Source of the DNA: a bacterium
Lineage (GTDB): Bacteria > Patescibacteriota > UBA1384 > 2-12-FULL-50-11
Direction of reading: 5' to 3'
NCBI GenBank assembly: GCA_021463485.1
Contig: JAJTYJ010000001.1
Span: 1,378 to 65,377, forward strand
Length of the DNA stretch: 64,000 nt
Shown here: positions 47,509 through 57,496 of the stretch, one piece after another
Layout of the letters: each line of letters begins with the position of its first letter
Position numbering within the stretch: position 1 is the first letter of the stretch
Made by a program: the position numbers and the translations under genes
Notes under the pieces: model-generated
Databases searched by the model: none
What the model was told of the DNA's origin: nothing
Seen by the model: the letters and a program-made list of their open reading frames with translations, nothing else

Positions 47509-49005
47509 TTAAGCTTCAAAGCGATATTGAAGCGCTTCCGAGACGTGCGGACTAGTTATAACCTCGTGTCCCGAGAGATCGGCGATAGTTCTTGAGACTT
47601 TCAGTACTTTATGAACCCCACGACCGCTTAAGCCGTATACATCAACCGCTTTTTTTAGAATTTGCTCCGCCGTTTCATCGATCACGCAAATAGTATTTAG
47701 CGCTTTCGGCGGAATCCGACTATTAAGGCAGCCGTTTCTCTTAATCTGCAGTTGACGTGTTTTAGTAATGAGCGAGCGAATTTGCGCCAATTCACTACGC
47801 CCGTCTTTTTCTGTACGGAGCTCGTCGTAAGTCATCGAAGGGAGTCGCATCGAGATATCGATACGATCAACGATCGGCCCGCTTACTTTCTTCTGATATT
47901 TTTGAATCTGTTGAGGAGAGCACTGACACTCTCTCTTTTCAGACCCAAACCACCCGCAGGGGCAGGGATTCATCGTCGCAACGAATAAAAATTCTGCCGG
48001 ATACCGGACCGACCCCTCAGCTCTGGCAACTGTGATTACCCCGTCTTCGAGCGGTTGTCGTAACGATTCAAGAATGGAACGGGGGAACTCCGGCAACTCA
48101 TCAAAAAACAACACTCCACGATGCGCATACGAGATTTCGCCCGGATGCGGTGGCGAGCCGCCGCCGACAACCGCGACAGGGCTAGCGGAGTGGTGTGGGT
48201 TGCGAAACGGTCGCTCAATTGTTAGATGATCGTAGTTACGTTTTGTTTGTAATCCGTGAATTTTTAGCATTTCAATTTGCTCATAGATGTTCAGCGGCGG
48301 CAGCAGTGCTCGGATGCCTCGCGCTAGCAACGTTTTACCAGCGCCAGGTTCACCATGTAAAAGAATATTGTGATTACCGGCAGCTGCAATCACTGCCGCC
48401 CGTTTCGCTTGCGACTGACCCCTAACTTGTAACCAATCGTCATCGTGCTCGTTAATGGTTGCTCGTTTAACAGCGGGAGTTGGTGTTTCGATCCCATCAA
48501 AATACGCAATTACATCTTTAAACGTCTCAACCGGAATGACATTAATAGTTTTAATTAATGAGGCTTCTGCGTAGTTCTCAAGTGGTAGTACAACGTTCTC
48601 AAACCCGTTTCTTGCCGCCCAGTCAGTTAATATTAGCGCCCCAAAAACTGGCTGGATGCGTCCGTCAAGTTGTAAACCTCCGAGCAGCAACGTCTTTTCC
48701 CAACGTTCGCTTTTGGCGATCTGCTCGTCGGCAACTAAAACTGCTAGTGCGATCGGCAGGTCAAAGTGAACTCCGCTTTTCTTCACCGCTGACGGCGCTA
48801 GATGCACAGTAACCCGGGCTATCGGTAATTTATATCCGCTGTGTTTAAGCGCTGAGCGAATACGTTCTTTACTCTCGTCGACAGACTTATCGGCAAGACC
48901 AACGATCGTAAAGCTCGGCAATCCTTGAGCGACGTCAACTTCGACTCGAACCGCCAGGCCGTCAACCCCATCTACTGTCGCAGAACGGAGGGTTGAGAGC
49001 GCCAT
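47509..49005 (-). CDS. comM: ComM/YifB Mg-chelatase-like AAA+ ATPase
   Basis: VGLAD..V.ES.ERIRSA, GEPGAGKT, PFRNPHHSAS, DELPEF, MNPCPCG. Confidence 0.93.
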   Translation of the reverse strand: MALSTLRSATVDGVDGLAVRVEVDVAQGLPSFTIVGLADKSVDESKERIRSALKHSGYKLPIARVTVHLAPSAVKKSGVHFDLPIALAVLVADEQIAKSERWEKTLLLGGLQLDGRIQPVFGALILTDWAARNGFENVVLPLENYAEASLIKTINVIPVETFKDVIAYFDGIETPTPAVKRATINEHDDDWLQVRGQSQAKRAAVIAAAGNHNILLHGEPGAGKTLLARGIRALLPPLNIYEQIEMLKIHGLQTKRNYDHLTIERPFRNPHHSASPVAVVGGGSPPHPGEISYAHRGVLFFDELPEFPRSILESLRQPLEDGVITVARAEGSVRYPAEFLFVATMNPCPCGWFGSEKRECQCSPQQIQKYQKKVSGPIVDRIDISMRLPSMTYDELRTEKDGRSELAQIRSLITKTRQLQIKRNGCLNSRIPPKALNTICVIDETAEQILKKAVDVYGLSGRGVHKVLKVSRTIADLSGHEVITSPHVSEALQYRFEA

Positions 49006-49008
49006 CGG

Positions 49009-49659
49009 CTACGGGCCAAAAATAATAACTGAGAAACCAACCAAACAGATCGCTATCACACCCCACCCGAGTAAAATAACGGGTAATTTCCGACCAAGTA
49101 CAGCTAGGACTGTTCCTGCCAGATAAGTAACTGCCAAAAGTAGCAACGTCAGCACGTTCGGGCCGGTGGACGGTAATGTTTGGGTACTGGCTGCCTGGTA
49201 ATTCAAGTTACTAAGCGACGCCATCACCATAACAAATAGTCCGCTAATCGAGAGAATACCGGTTGTTGCTTGGGTTCGAGTTATCGCGCCGATCGCTGCT
49301 GGAGTGCCAGGCTGATTATCGATTTGCCACTGAGTATACAGGGCTAGTTGACCGCGCGGGAAAAATTGTCCGTTACAATCGGGACAACTCCAATACTGTC
49401 CGGATTGCGGATTTAAATCGTGGTCTGATCGTTCAAGTAGAGTGTTATCGTTCGGACAAACAACATCCGAAGCTTGTACTGAGTAGTTTGGAGCACCTGT
49501 TTCGAATTGTTGAACGCTCGTTATATCTAACCGATCGCCTAGCGGACGCGGAAACCAAAAACCGTTGCACTGCGTGCATCGCTTGGCTTCAACTGTTCGA
49601 GCGCCGCTACTTCGTAGTATAACCGGCTCGGAGTCGCTGTCGCACAGCGGACACTTCAT
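49009..49659 (-). CDS. Double zinc-ribbon (zf-TFIIB-like) membrane protein
   Basis: CPLC..CTQCNGFW, CPND..CPDCNGQF, then three TMs. Confidence 0.7.
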   Translation of the reverse strand: MKCPLCDSDSEPVILRSSGARTVEAKRCTQCNGFWFPRPLGDRLDITSVQQFETGAPNYSVQASDVVCPNDNTLLERSDHDLNPQSGQYWSCPDCNGQFFPRGQLALYTQWQIDNQPGTPAAIGAITRTQATTGILSISGLFVMVMASLSNLNYQAASTQTLPSTGPNVLTLLLLAVTYLAGTVLAVLGRKLPVILLGWGVIAICLVGFSVIIFGP

Positions 49660-49683
49660 TAATTTTTCCCCTCACACATACCA

Positions 49684-50460
49684 CTACTTTACGTTTTTTT
49701 CTCGGTGATTCAAGAATTCATCCACTGCCATATTCGCTTGTTCGTCAGTCGAGCACTTAACTAAGACGCCATGATGTCGCCACCAAGTGAGTTGTCGACG
49801 GATATAGGCTCGACTTGACCGCTGAAACTGGTCGATCGCCAGCTCACGATTCATCGCTCCGGTAATATACTGCGTCGCAAACCGGTAATCTAATCCGATA
49901 TCAAACAGCCAGTCAGCGCTTACTCCGCTATTTAGTAACTCCTGTGTTTCGATTACCAATTCGTTAAATATACGCTCAAACCGCTGATCAGATTTTCGGT
50001 ACAGCCACTCACGATCTTTGTCGATATAAAGTGTTAGCTGTTCGAATTCCACCGATTTTCTATTCTTTGAATTACGCCCTCCTCCGAGCTCGTAGCCATC
50101 GAGCAGCGCACTAACGTACAAACCAGTTCCCCCGACGACAATAGGTAACAAGTTTGATTCCCAGATCTGCTCGATCGCCGTGTTAGCGCTTTCCAACCAA
50201 TCAGCAACAGTAAAACGCGTGCCCGGCTCAGCGCAATCAATTAGCAGCTGCGGTACCCTGTCGATGCATCTGGCGTTGTACCCGCGCCAGTCGCACGGTT
50301 CGCCCTCTTTATTTGTGCCGACATCAAGACCCCTATAAACCTGTCGGGAGTCGGCAGAAAGAAGCACTCCGTTGTATTTCTTTGCCAAATTCACAGCGAG
50401 CACCGTTTTACCAGAACCGGTCGGTCCGACTACGGCGATAACTCTCTTGCGTATTTCCAT
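49684..50460 (-). CDS. miaA: tRNA dimethylallyltransferase (short)
   Basis: GPTGSGKT, SADSRQVY.GLDVGT.K, VGGTGLY, RRQLTWW. Confidence 0.92.
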   Translation of the reverse strand: MEIRKRVIAVVGPTGSGKTVLAVNLAKKYNGVLLSADSRQVYRGLDVGTNKEGEPCDWRGYNARCIDRVPQLLIDCAEPGTRFTVADWLESANTAIEQIWESNLLPIVVGGTGLYVSALLDGYELGGGRNSKNRKSVEFEQLTLYIDKDREWLYRKSDQRFERIFNELVIETQELLNSGVSADWLFDIGLDYRFATQYITGAMNRELAIDQFQRSSRAYIRRQLTWWRHHGVLVKCSTDEQANMAVDEFLNHREKNVK

Positions 50461-50486
50461 TGAACCCATATTATGGGTTCAGACAA

Positions 50487-51206
50487 ATGTTGAAAATAGA
50501 CAAGCTTGTGAAAGCCTACCAATTTCGTCGCGAAACCGTACCAGTTCTTCTTAATATTTCGCTAGAAGTACCGAGAGGTAAAATATTTGGGTTTCTTGGC
50601 GCTAACGGCGCCGGTAAAACCACAACTATTAAAGTGATCGTCGATTTACTCTTCGCTGACAGCGGAACGGTAACGATCGATAATGTACCGCATAGCTCAA
50701 TTAAAGCTAAGCGGCTAATCGGATTTATGCCTGAGCAGCCTCAGTTTTACCACCACCTGAGTGCGCGCGAAGTGTTGCTATTTGTTGGGGAGCTCTTCGA
50801 GCTTGAACCAAAAGATGTAGAGACAAAAGCCAAGAATTTACTACGACAAGTCGGGCTAGCCGACGCAGAGAATACTGTAGTTCGACGATTCTCTAAGGGA
50901 ATGCACCAACGACTCGCCTTTGCTGTCGCGCTGATGAACAATCCAAAACTACTCATTATGGACGAACCGCTTGACGGCCTCGACCCGCTTGGACGCCTCG
51001 ATTTTAAACGACTATTTCTCGAGCAAAAAAAATTAGGTACTACAATATTTCTTAGTTCCCATATCCTTTCGGATGTTGAAGAGATCTGCGACGAAGTAGC
51101 GATTATTAATAAAGGACAGATCGTGAAACAAGGAACTCCTCAAAAGCTACGCGGCACCTACCCAACGCTCGAAGAGTACTTCGTCAGTACGGTTCAAAAG
51201 CAATGA
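50487..51206 (+). CDS. ABC transporter ATP-binding protein
   Basis: GANGAGKTT, FSKGM.QR, DEP..GLDP. Confidence 0.93.
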   Translation: MLKIDKLVKAYQFRRETVPVLLNISLEVPRGKIFGFLGANGAGKTTTIKVIVDLLFADSGTVTIDNVPHSSIKAKRLIGFMPEQPQFYHHLSAREVLLFVGELFELEPKDVETKAKNLLRQVGLADAENTVVRRFSKGMHQRLAFAVALMNNPKLLIMDEPLDGLDPLGRLDFKRLFLEQKKLGTTIFLSSHILSDVEEICDEVAIINKGQIVKQGTPQKLRGTYPTLEEYFVSTVQKQ

Positions 51207-51976
51207 AACTCAACGCATCGATAATCAAAAGTATCGCCATAAACACGTTCCGCGAAACTGTTCGTGACAAACTTCTTTATTCACTGCTCGGATTCGCAGT
51301 GTTAACGATCGCGGCGAGCCTACTGGCAGGTTCGGTGTCGCTCGGACAAGACGCTCGGGTCATCCAGAATTTCGGCATAACTGCGCTACTCGTATTTTTA
51401 TTAATTATCACTATTTTTATCGGCACCCAGCTTGTGTACCGAGAAGTCGAACGAAAAACGATTTATCTGACGCTCTCAAAACCGTTAACCCGCGAATCAT
51501 TTTATCTCGGAAAATATATCGGGCTTTGCCTAACGATTGCCGTTAGCGCTTTAGTGATGGGCGTTGTCTTTCTAGCGGTCTTACGCTGGAAAACCGGGCA
51601 ATTCTCTACACCAGTGATTTGGGCGACTAGCTTCGTTGTTTTGGAGGCATGGTTATTAACGGCTGTGGGGTTGTTGTTTAGCAGCTTCACTAGCGCCTTA
51701 GCCAGCGCCGTTTATACGTTTGGAATTGTACTTATTGGCCACTCGGCAACAACTATTTGGATACTTAGCCAGAAATCCCAGGGAATTTTGCGATACGTCT
51801 TGGAGGTGATTTACTATCTCTTCCCGAACCTAGAGAAATTTAACTTACGCAACGAAATCGTTTACAACTTCCAGCCAGATCTTCAGCAAGTGTTACTAGT
51901 CATAGCTTATTTTATCGCCTACACCGCTGCCGTTTTATTTGCTGGCTTAGCGATTTTTCGCCGGGATGAGTTTTAA
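51203..51976 (+). CDS. ABC-2-type permease
   Basis: IAINTFRETVRDK, E.ERKTIY..LSKP. Confidence 0.88.
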   Translation: MKLNASIIKSIAINTFRETVRDKLLYSLLGFAVLTIAASLLAGSVSLGQDARVIQNFGITALLVFLLIITIFIGTQLVYREVERKTIYLTLSKPLTRESFYLGKYIGLCLTIAVSALVMGVVFLAVLRWKTGQFSTPVIWATSFVVLEAWLLTAVGLLFSSFTSALASAVYTFGIVLIGHSATTIWILSQKSQGILRYVLEVIYYLFPNLEKFNLRNEIVYNFQPDLQQVLLVIAYFIAYTAAVLFAGLAIFRRDEF

Positions 51977-52814
51977 ACAACTACAATTCGAGCGGATATC
52001 TTGGTTACTACCGATCGCGCTACTGCTTTTCTCGTACGTTGCGCAAATCAACTACGACGTCTGGCGCCGCTACTCAGCACCCAAAATTCAAACCACTTAT
52101 AATTTGTATATTGAGCCTCAACCGCTCTCGACCGAAAGCTCTAAGGCGGTTAGTTTCGGCGCTAAGGAATTTGTCGCCGATCTGTACTGGCTTAAACTAA
52201 TTCAGTATTACGGCGGCGGCGACCCAAACGGTAAATACCGCAAACTAGCAGAGTTGTTTACCACTATCACAGATCTTTCGCCGAGGTTTACCGCCGCTTA
52301 TCAAGCTGGACTCTTAATACTACCAGGCGAGGGTTTTATTAACGAAGCAATCGCACTTGGTGAGAAAGGGATTAAAAATTTACCCGATCATTGGGAGATG
52401 CCGTATTACACTGGCATCGTTTACCACATCTATAAAAAAGACTACCTCACCGCCGGTAAGTACTTCGAAGACGCTGCCAAGTTACCGGGCGCACCCGAGA
52501 ACGCCAAATACTTAGCCGCTATCTATTACAATAAAGGCGATCAGCGCCAAACCGCTTACGCCTTGTTTAAAACTGTCTACGACGGCACACGCGATAGTTT
52601 TATTAAGGAGCGAACTGCTAAGTATCTCGCCCACCTCGAAGGGATTTTTTTGCTCGACGCAAAAATTGCTGAATTTAAGCAGCGGTATAACCGGTTGCCA
52701 AGAACATTAAACGAACTAATATCCACAAAATTGCTGGACAGTATCCCCGTCAGTCCGCTTGGGCTTACGTACCAATACGACGCCGAAAACGGCAAAATTA
52801 TTGAGACAAAGTAG
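51966..52814 (+). CDS. TPR-like accessory protein of the ABC system
   Basis: ADLYWL..IQYYG, ITDLSPRF, P..W, C-terminal P..L..L..P.G..Y. Confidence 0.7.
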   Translation: MSFKQLQFERISWLLPIALLLFSYVAQINYDVWRRYSAPKIQTTYNLYIEPQPLSTESSKAVSFGAKEFVADLYWLKLIQYYGGGDPNGKYRKLAELFTTITDLSPRFTAAYQAGLLILPGEGFINEAIALGEKGIKNLPDHWEMPYYTGIVYHIYKKDYLTAGKYFEDAAKLPGAPENAKYLAAIYYNKGDQRQTAYALFKTVYDGTRDSFIKERTAKYLAHLEGIFLLDAKIAEFKQRYNRLPRTLNELISTKLLDSIPVSPLGLTYQYDAENGKIIETK

Positions 52815-53763
52815 CCTCGCCGGTAAATATCTGCCAAATTGCGTTGGCAAGTTTGCGCGCATCGTGGTATAGCGGCGAGTGTTCGTCGATTAAATCCGCA
52901 AGCACGATCGGAATATCAGCGATTTCAGTTTTATTCGTAGTGATATTTCTGATCGTACCCAGCTTCCCCTCTTGGCCGCTACTCTCAACAATTCTTGAGT
53001 TAACCAGAGCTGCGTCAAATCGAGTGCCGTTCACGTACTCACGAAGTTTAGTGATGTGATCGTCAACGCTATACCCCTCAGTTTCGCCGCGCTCGGTCGA
53101 TGCGTTACATACGTAAATTTTTCGAGCAGACGATTCTTCAAAGGCAGTACGCAAATCTTTAATTAAAAAATTAGGAACGATACTTGTGTAAAAGCTACCC
53201 GGCCCGACGACAATCAAATCGGCGTTTTTAATAAAGTGCAACGCGGTCGGGTGAGCGTGGGCATCTTCGGGTATGATCGAAACTCGCTTTATCCCAAACC
53301 TGTGACCCTGGATTGCGGTATCAACTTCACCGAGCGCCTGCTGCCCGTTCTTTAGTTCGCTGATCAAACTGACGTGCTCGAGCGTCGATGGGATAACCTC
53401 GCCTTTGATCGCGAGAATTTTACTGCTAGCTCGGACAGCCGACTCAAAATCCCCAGTGATATCAGCGAGCGCGATTAACAGTAAATTACCAAGCGAGTGA
53501 CCGCTCAGTCCCCGCCCTTTATTAAAGCGATACTCAAACAGTTTCGTCAGCAACTGTTCGTCGTTTGAAAGCGCCGCTAAACACTTGCGGACGTCACCGG
53601 GCGGTAGTACGCCCATTTCACGACTAAGCCGACCGCTCGATTTACCGTTGTCGGTCATCGTGACGATACCAGACAAACTAATTGGAAAATGCTTTAAGCC
53701 ACGTAAAAGCGTTGAGAGTCCACTTCCGCCACCGATAGCAACTACTTTAGGTTTCTCAGTCAT
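52798..53763 (-). CDS. YvcK/GlmR-family (UPF0052) protein
   Basis: IGGGSGLS.LLRGLK, DNG.SSG, PPGD.R, GHSLGNL, GPGS.YTSI.PN. Confidence 0.9.
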   Translation of the reverse strand: MTEKPKVVAIGGGSGLSTLLRGLKHFPISLSGIVTMTDNGKSSGRLSREMGVLPPGDVRKCLAALSNDEQLLTKLFEYRFNKGRGLSGHSLGNLLLIALADITGDFESAVRASSKILAIKGEVIPSTLEHVSLISELKNGQQALGEVDTAIQGHRFGIKRVSIIPEDAHAHPTALHFIKNADLIVVGPGSFYTSIVPNFLIKDLRTAFEESSARKIYVCNASTERGETEGYSVDDHITKLREYVNGTRFDAALVNSRIVESSGQEGKLGTIRNITTNKTEIADIPIVLADLIDEHSPLYHDARKLANAIWQIFTGEATLSQ

Positions 53764-54263
53764 GGAACCAGAGGGTGGACGTACCGATCATCCCCCTGAT
53801 CACTTGTATCCGCTGACCACGGCTGCAACGCAAATACTTGGGCCGCTTCCGAAGTTTTTGTATCCGATATCGCAACAACCGCCGTCTTGATAACACCTAG
53901 GTAGTTAAAGTCGCTAAGCTTGTATTTCATTGTGTAGCTGCCGTTAGCGTCTGCTTTGGCGTGGGTTGTTTGTGGATTATCGATCGTGCCATCGGGATAT
54001 GTAGTTACAATATCAAGCTCAGCGAACGGGACGGTCTCAATCGTCATTTCTTGAACCTGACCGAGCTTCATTACTGGTCGGGAAAACGAGATAGAGAGCG
54101 GAAAAACCTGTTCGTCAATGCCGAGCGATTGCGACGCTAAAACCGAGCGACCGATCGCGACTGGGTCGTGCTGACGGGCGACTTCTTTATTCCAATACAG
54201 TCCGAGGGTTGTTAACCCAAGCGCCACTACGGTAAAAACTGTATTTCGCAGAGCTTTCATCAT
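53760..54263 (-). CDS. Membrane-anchored hypothetical protein
   Basis: N-terminal TM and beta-rich domain. Confidence 0.6.
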   Translation of the reverse strand: MMKALRNTVFTVVALGLTTLGLYWNKEVARQHDPVAIGRSVLASQSLGIDEQVFPLSISFSRPVMKLGQVQEMTIETVPFAELDIVTTYPDGTIDNPQTTHAKADANGSYTMKYKLSDFNYLGVIKTAVVAISDTKTSEAAQVFALQPWSADTSDQGDDRYVHPLVP

Positions 54264-54357
54264 CTTGTACCAACATTGTAGCAAGCCGTAATCCAAAATG
54301 AAGCGACTTTCAAGGGTTGCCGCTTCGACCAAAACCCGGTACGTTCGAAAGTACGAA

Positions 54358-55302
54358 ATGGAAAAACAGGTTGATACTATAATTATTGGTTCAGGTGTAG
54401 CGGGGTTAAGTGCGGCGTTATACGCGGCTCGCTACGAGCTTTCGACGATTGTAATTGGCGACATGCTCGGCGGCGCTACCGCCTCGGCGTGGATTATCGA
54501 GAACTACCCAGGATACGAATCGATCGACGGTTACGATCTCGTTGTTAAGATGCGCGATCAGGTTGAAAAAATAGGCGTTGAGATTGTCGCCGATCGCGTT
54601 ACCGATATCAAAAAGACTGGCTCGACGTTTGAGCTCACGACCGAGACTGGAAAAACATTTGGCACCACAACCGTCATTTTAACGATGGGCGCTGCCAGGA
54701 AAAAGTTAGGGCTAGCTCGTGAAGATGAGCTAGCACTCGGAAAAGGCATCCATTACTGCACTACCTGTGACGGCCCGCTCTACAAAGGAAAAACGATCGG
54801 GATCGTCGGCGCCGGCGACGCTGCGGTAAAGGGAATGAGCCTTGCTGTCCAATACGCCGATAAAATCTATTCGTTCGTTCGCGGCGACCAATTCAAGGCC
54901 GAACCAGTTAATTACGAGCGGATCAAAGGACATATCGACAGCGGTAAAATTGAGGTGATGTTTCACGAAGAAGTTGCTGAGTTCTTGGGCACGGAGCGAC
55001 TAAACGGCGTCAAATTAAAAAGTGGCAAAGAAGTCGCGCTCGATGGGCTCTTTATTGAGATCGGCGCCACTCCTGAGGTAGAATTAGCCGTTAAGATGGG
55101 GGTTGAGTTAGATAACTACGGTTATATCAGCGTTAATAATATGATGGAGACCAACGTTGAGGGCATATACGCCGCTGGCGACACTACCAACTTTTTTGGT
55201 CACTTCAAACAAGTAATTACTGCTAGCGCTATGGGCTCTGTCGCTGCCACTAGCGCATTCAAGCACGCTACCGGCAACATCGCGCAGGTTGAAGGCGACT
55301 AA
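54358..55302 (+). CDS. trxB: Thioredoxin reductase
   Basis: IIGSGVAGLSAALY, ENYPG, YCTTCDG, GIYAAGD. Confidence 0.9.
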   Translation: MEKQVDTIIIGSGVAGLSAALYAARYELSTIVIGDMLGGATASAWIIENYPGYESIDGYDLVVKMRDQVEKIGVEIVADRVTDIKKTGSTFELTTETGKTFGTTTVILTMGAARKKLGLAREDELALGKGIHYCTTCDGPLYKGKTIGIVGAGDAAVKGMSLAVQYADKIYSFVRGDQFKAEPVNYERIKGHIDSGKIEVMFHEEVAEFLGTERLNGVKLKSGKEVALDGLFIEIGATPEVELAVKMGVELDNYGYISVNNMMETNVEGIYAAGDTTNFFGHFKQVITASAMGSVAATSAFKHATGNIAQVEGD

Positions 55303-55342
55303 ACTTGCATCACACCTACACTCGGAGTATGCAGGGAATGTG

Positions 55343-56542
55343 ATGCGAAGATATTTTATTACCGCCCTTTTCATACTCTCGCTCGGCTGGACAGTTCCAG
55401 CTGCTTACGCCGAAGAAAACCTTATCCCGAATAATTCGGTCGAGAATTCAGTTAATAGCGCTCCGATCGATTGGCACCCCGGATACCTATGGGGAGATTT
55501 GGATGCTCAGTACGAGTATGTAAGCGTTGGTTACCAAGGTAGCTACGCCGTGCGCACCACAATTACTCGCTACAACTCAGGAGATGCCAAATGGTATTTT
55601 ACGCCACAACCAATTATCGGCGGACAGCTGTACCGGTTTTCCGATTATTACTTCGCCGATACAACGAGCCGCGTTGTAGCAATGGTTCAACATCAAGATG
55701 ACTCAATAACCTATACAGAGTTGCGCTCTGCAGCGCCGAGTTCAAATTGGACGTTATATAGCGATGTGTTTACTACACCGCTATCTGCAAAAATGGTTAG
55801 CGTTTTTCACTTAATCTCAACAATCGGTTCATTGACAACAGATTCGTTCTCGTTAACTCCTGAGTCAATAAGTAACTCAGGATTTGAGCGCGGACTCGTG
55901 AGCGTTACTTTTGATGACGGCTGGCAGTCGATCTACCAAAACGCGCTGCCGATCCTTGAACAAAATAACATTAAGAGTACGCAGTATATTGTTACCGGTT
56001 TCATCGGCACTCCTGGCTACATGTCGTTAGCAGAAATTAGTGATTTTTATTCCAAGGGGCACCAAGTAGCGTCGCATACCGTCAATCACTACGACTTAAC
56101 TACTTTATCCAGGAAGAAGCTCATTACCGAACTAGCGCAATCGAAATTATACTTGGAGCGATATGTGGGGGGAGTTGTGACCGATATCGCGGCGCCGTAC
56201 GGCGCGTACAATGCTGCCACCACAACGCAAATAAAAAAGTACTATCGCTCACAAAGAACCTCAGATGTCGGGTTTAATACCAAAACCAATTTCAATCAAT
56301 ACCAGTTACGCTCACAATACCTAACTCCCAACACCAGTATTGAACAGTTCCGATCATGGCTAACAACAGCCCAGACAGAAAAATCTTGGCTGATACTCAT
56401 GTACCACAACATTGACTACTCTGGGTCGGCATACAGTGTGACACCAGAAGCACTTGCTACTCAATTAGCCGAAATCAGAGAAAGCGGATTAATTGTTGAA
56501 ACTATTAACCAGGCTCTTGAGGAAATTTTCTCTCAATTGTAA
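55343..56542 (+). CDS. Secreted polysaccharide deacetylase (NodB/CE4) with N-terminal carbohydrate-binding-like domain
   Basis: TFDDG, SHTVNH, APYG, LMYH. Confidence 0.88.
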   Translation: MRRYFITALFILSLGWTVPAAYAEENLIPNNSVENSVNSAPIDWHPGYLWGDLDAQYEYVSVGYQGSYAVRTTITRYNSGDAKWYFTPQPIIGGQLYRFSDYYFADTTSRVVAMVQHQDDSITYTELRSAAPSSNWTLYSDVFTTPLSAKMVSVFHLISTIGSLTTDSFSLTPESISNSGFERGLVSVTFDDGWQSIYQNALPILEQNNIKSTQYIVTGFIGTPGYMSLAEISDFYSKGHQVASHTVNHYDLTTLSRKKLITELAQSKLYLERYVGGVVTDIAAPYGAYNAATTTQIKKYYRSQRTSDVGFNTKTNFNQYQLRSQYLTPNTSIEQFRSWLTTAQTEKSWLILMYHNIDYSGSAYSVTPEALATQLAEIRESGLIVETINQALEEIFSQL

Positions 56543-56551
56543 GTGTCTATG

Positions 56552-56624
56552 TGGGCCCGGTGGGACTCGAACCCACGACGCTCGCCTTAAAAGGGCGACG
56601 CTCTACCGACTGAGCTACAGGCCC
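56552..56624 (-). tRNA. tRNA-Lys(TTT)
   Basis: Anticodon arm TCGCC-CTTTTAA-GGCGA; GGTTCGAGTCC. Confidence 0.95.
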
Positions 56625-56739
56625 GCAGTTACCCATAGATTTTACTACATCCACCCCAAAACCTCAATCTGTTAATACGTCGTAATTTGACCCGCAGCCG
56701 TTTTTTGTTACGTTTTTACTAACACCAGGAGGGTGGACA

Positions 56740-56865
56740 TTGCACTTACTTACTCGCAAACCTAAGATCTCGAACGCACACATGGTTGCCCGATGGGCAC
56801 GACGATTTCAGCGGCCGCAAGGCTACAGCGACAAACGTCGTGGCAGGCGTTGCCGAGCGAGATAA
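56740..56865 (+). CDS. Putative 41-aa Arg-rich small protein
   Basis: AGGAGG upstream, TTG start, terminator hairpin right after the stop; too short for the ORF track. Confidence 0.5.
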   Translation: MHLLTRKPKISNAHMVARWARRFQRPQGYSDKRRGRRCRAR

Positions 56866-56870
56866 CAACA

Positions 56871-56894
56871 TGCCGGGCTCGACCCGGCACTTTT
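56871..56894. terminator. Intrinsic terminator
   Basis: TGCCGGG-CTCGA-CCCGGCA-CTTTT. Confidence 0.7.
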
Positions 56895-57420
56895 AGTAAT
56901 CTGAGCTTCTACCCTTACCGAGTCCGCCCGTTGCTATTAGCGCAATGAGCGGCGCTATCATCCACCAAACTTCCTTGTTAATTATAACTCTCGCCACACG
57001 AGAAGTTTCGGCAAACGCGGTTTTGGCTTCGGGTGTCATGAACGAGAAAACCGCAGCCAAAATTAACGCTGAATTTAAAAAACTAAAAATCGCCAGCTCA
57101 AATGCAGTTAATTTCCCGCGCGATGACGAGCCGATTCCCAGCCCAGAGCGTATCGTCACAAGAATAATAGTAAGTAGGAAGACGCCACTCTGAATCGAAA
57201 ACGGCGAGGCGTTGGCTCGAATGAATAACTGGTTCGCAACGGTTTTGTCGCCGTTAAAGAACGCTTGTAACGGTCCACCGAGAATATTGGCCATCACGAT
57301 ACCAACATATATGGCGAGAAGTGTCACAACTACCTTATCTCGCTGAAGCACAAAGCTGTACCCGATGCTAACGATGAAAAAGATGATTAAAAATAAATCC
57401 CAACTTGGAACGGTTTGCAC
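56893..57420 (-). CDS. Multi-TM membrane protein (CvpA-like)
   Basis: WDLFLIIFF start and 4-5 TMs; GGAGG RBS with GTG start. Confidence 0.6.
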   Translation of the reverse strand: MQTVPSWDLFLIIFFIVSIGYSFVLQRDKVVVTLLAIYVGIVMANILGGPLQAFFNGDKTVANQLFIRANASPFSIQSGVFLLTIILVTIRSGLGIGSSSRGKLTAFELAIFSFLNSALILAAVFSFMTPEAKTAFAETSRVARVIINKEVWWMIAPLIALIATGGLGKGRSSDY

Positions 57421-57496
57421 CCTTTGTCCTCCTATAAATTAGTATCTAAAGAAGCGGCTCGAGTGTCAAATCTACAAGTCGTGTTACACTACCCAC

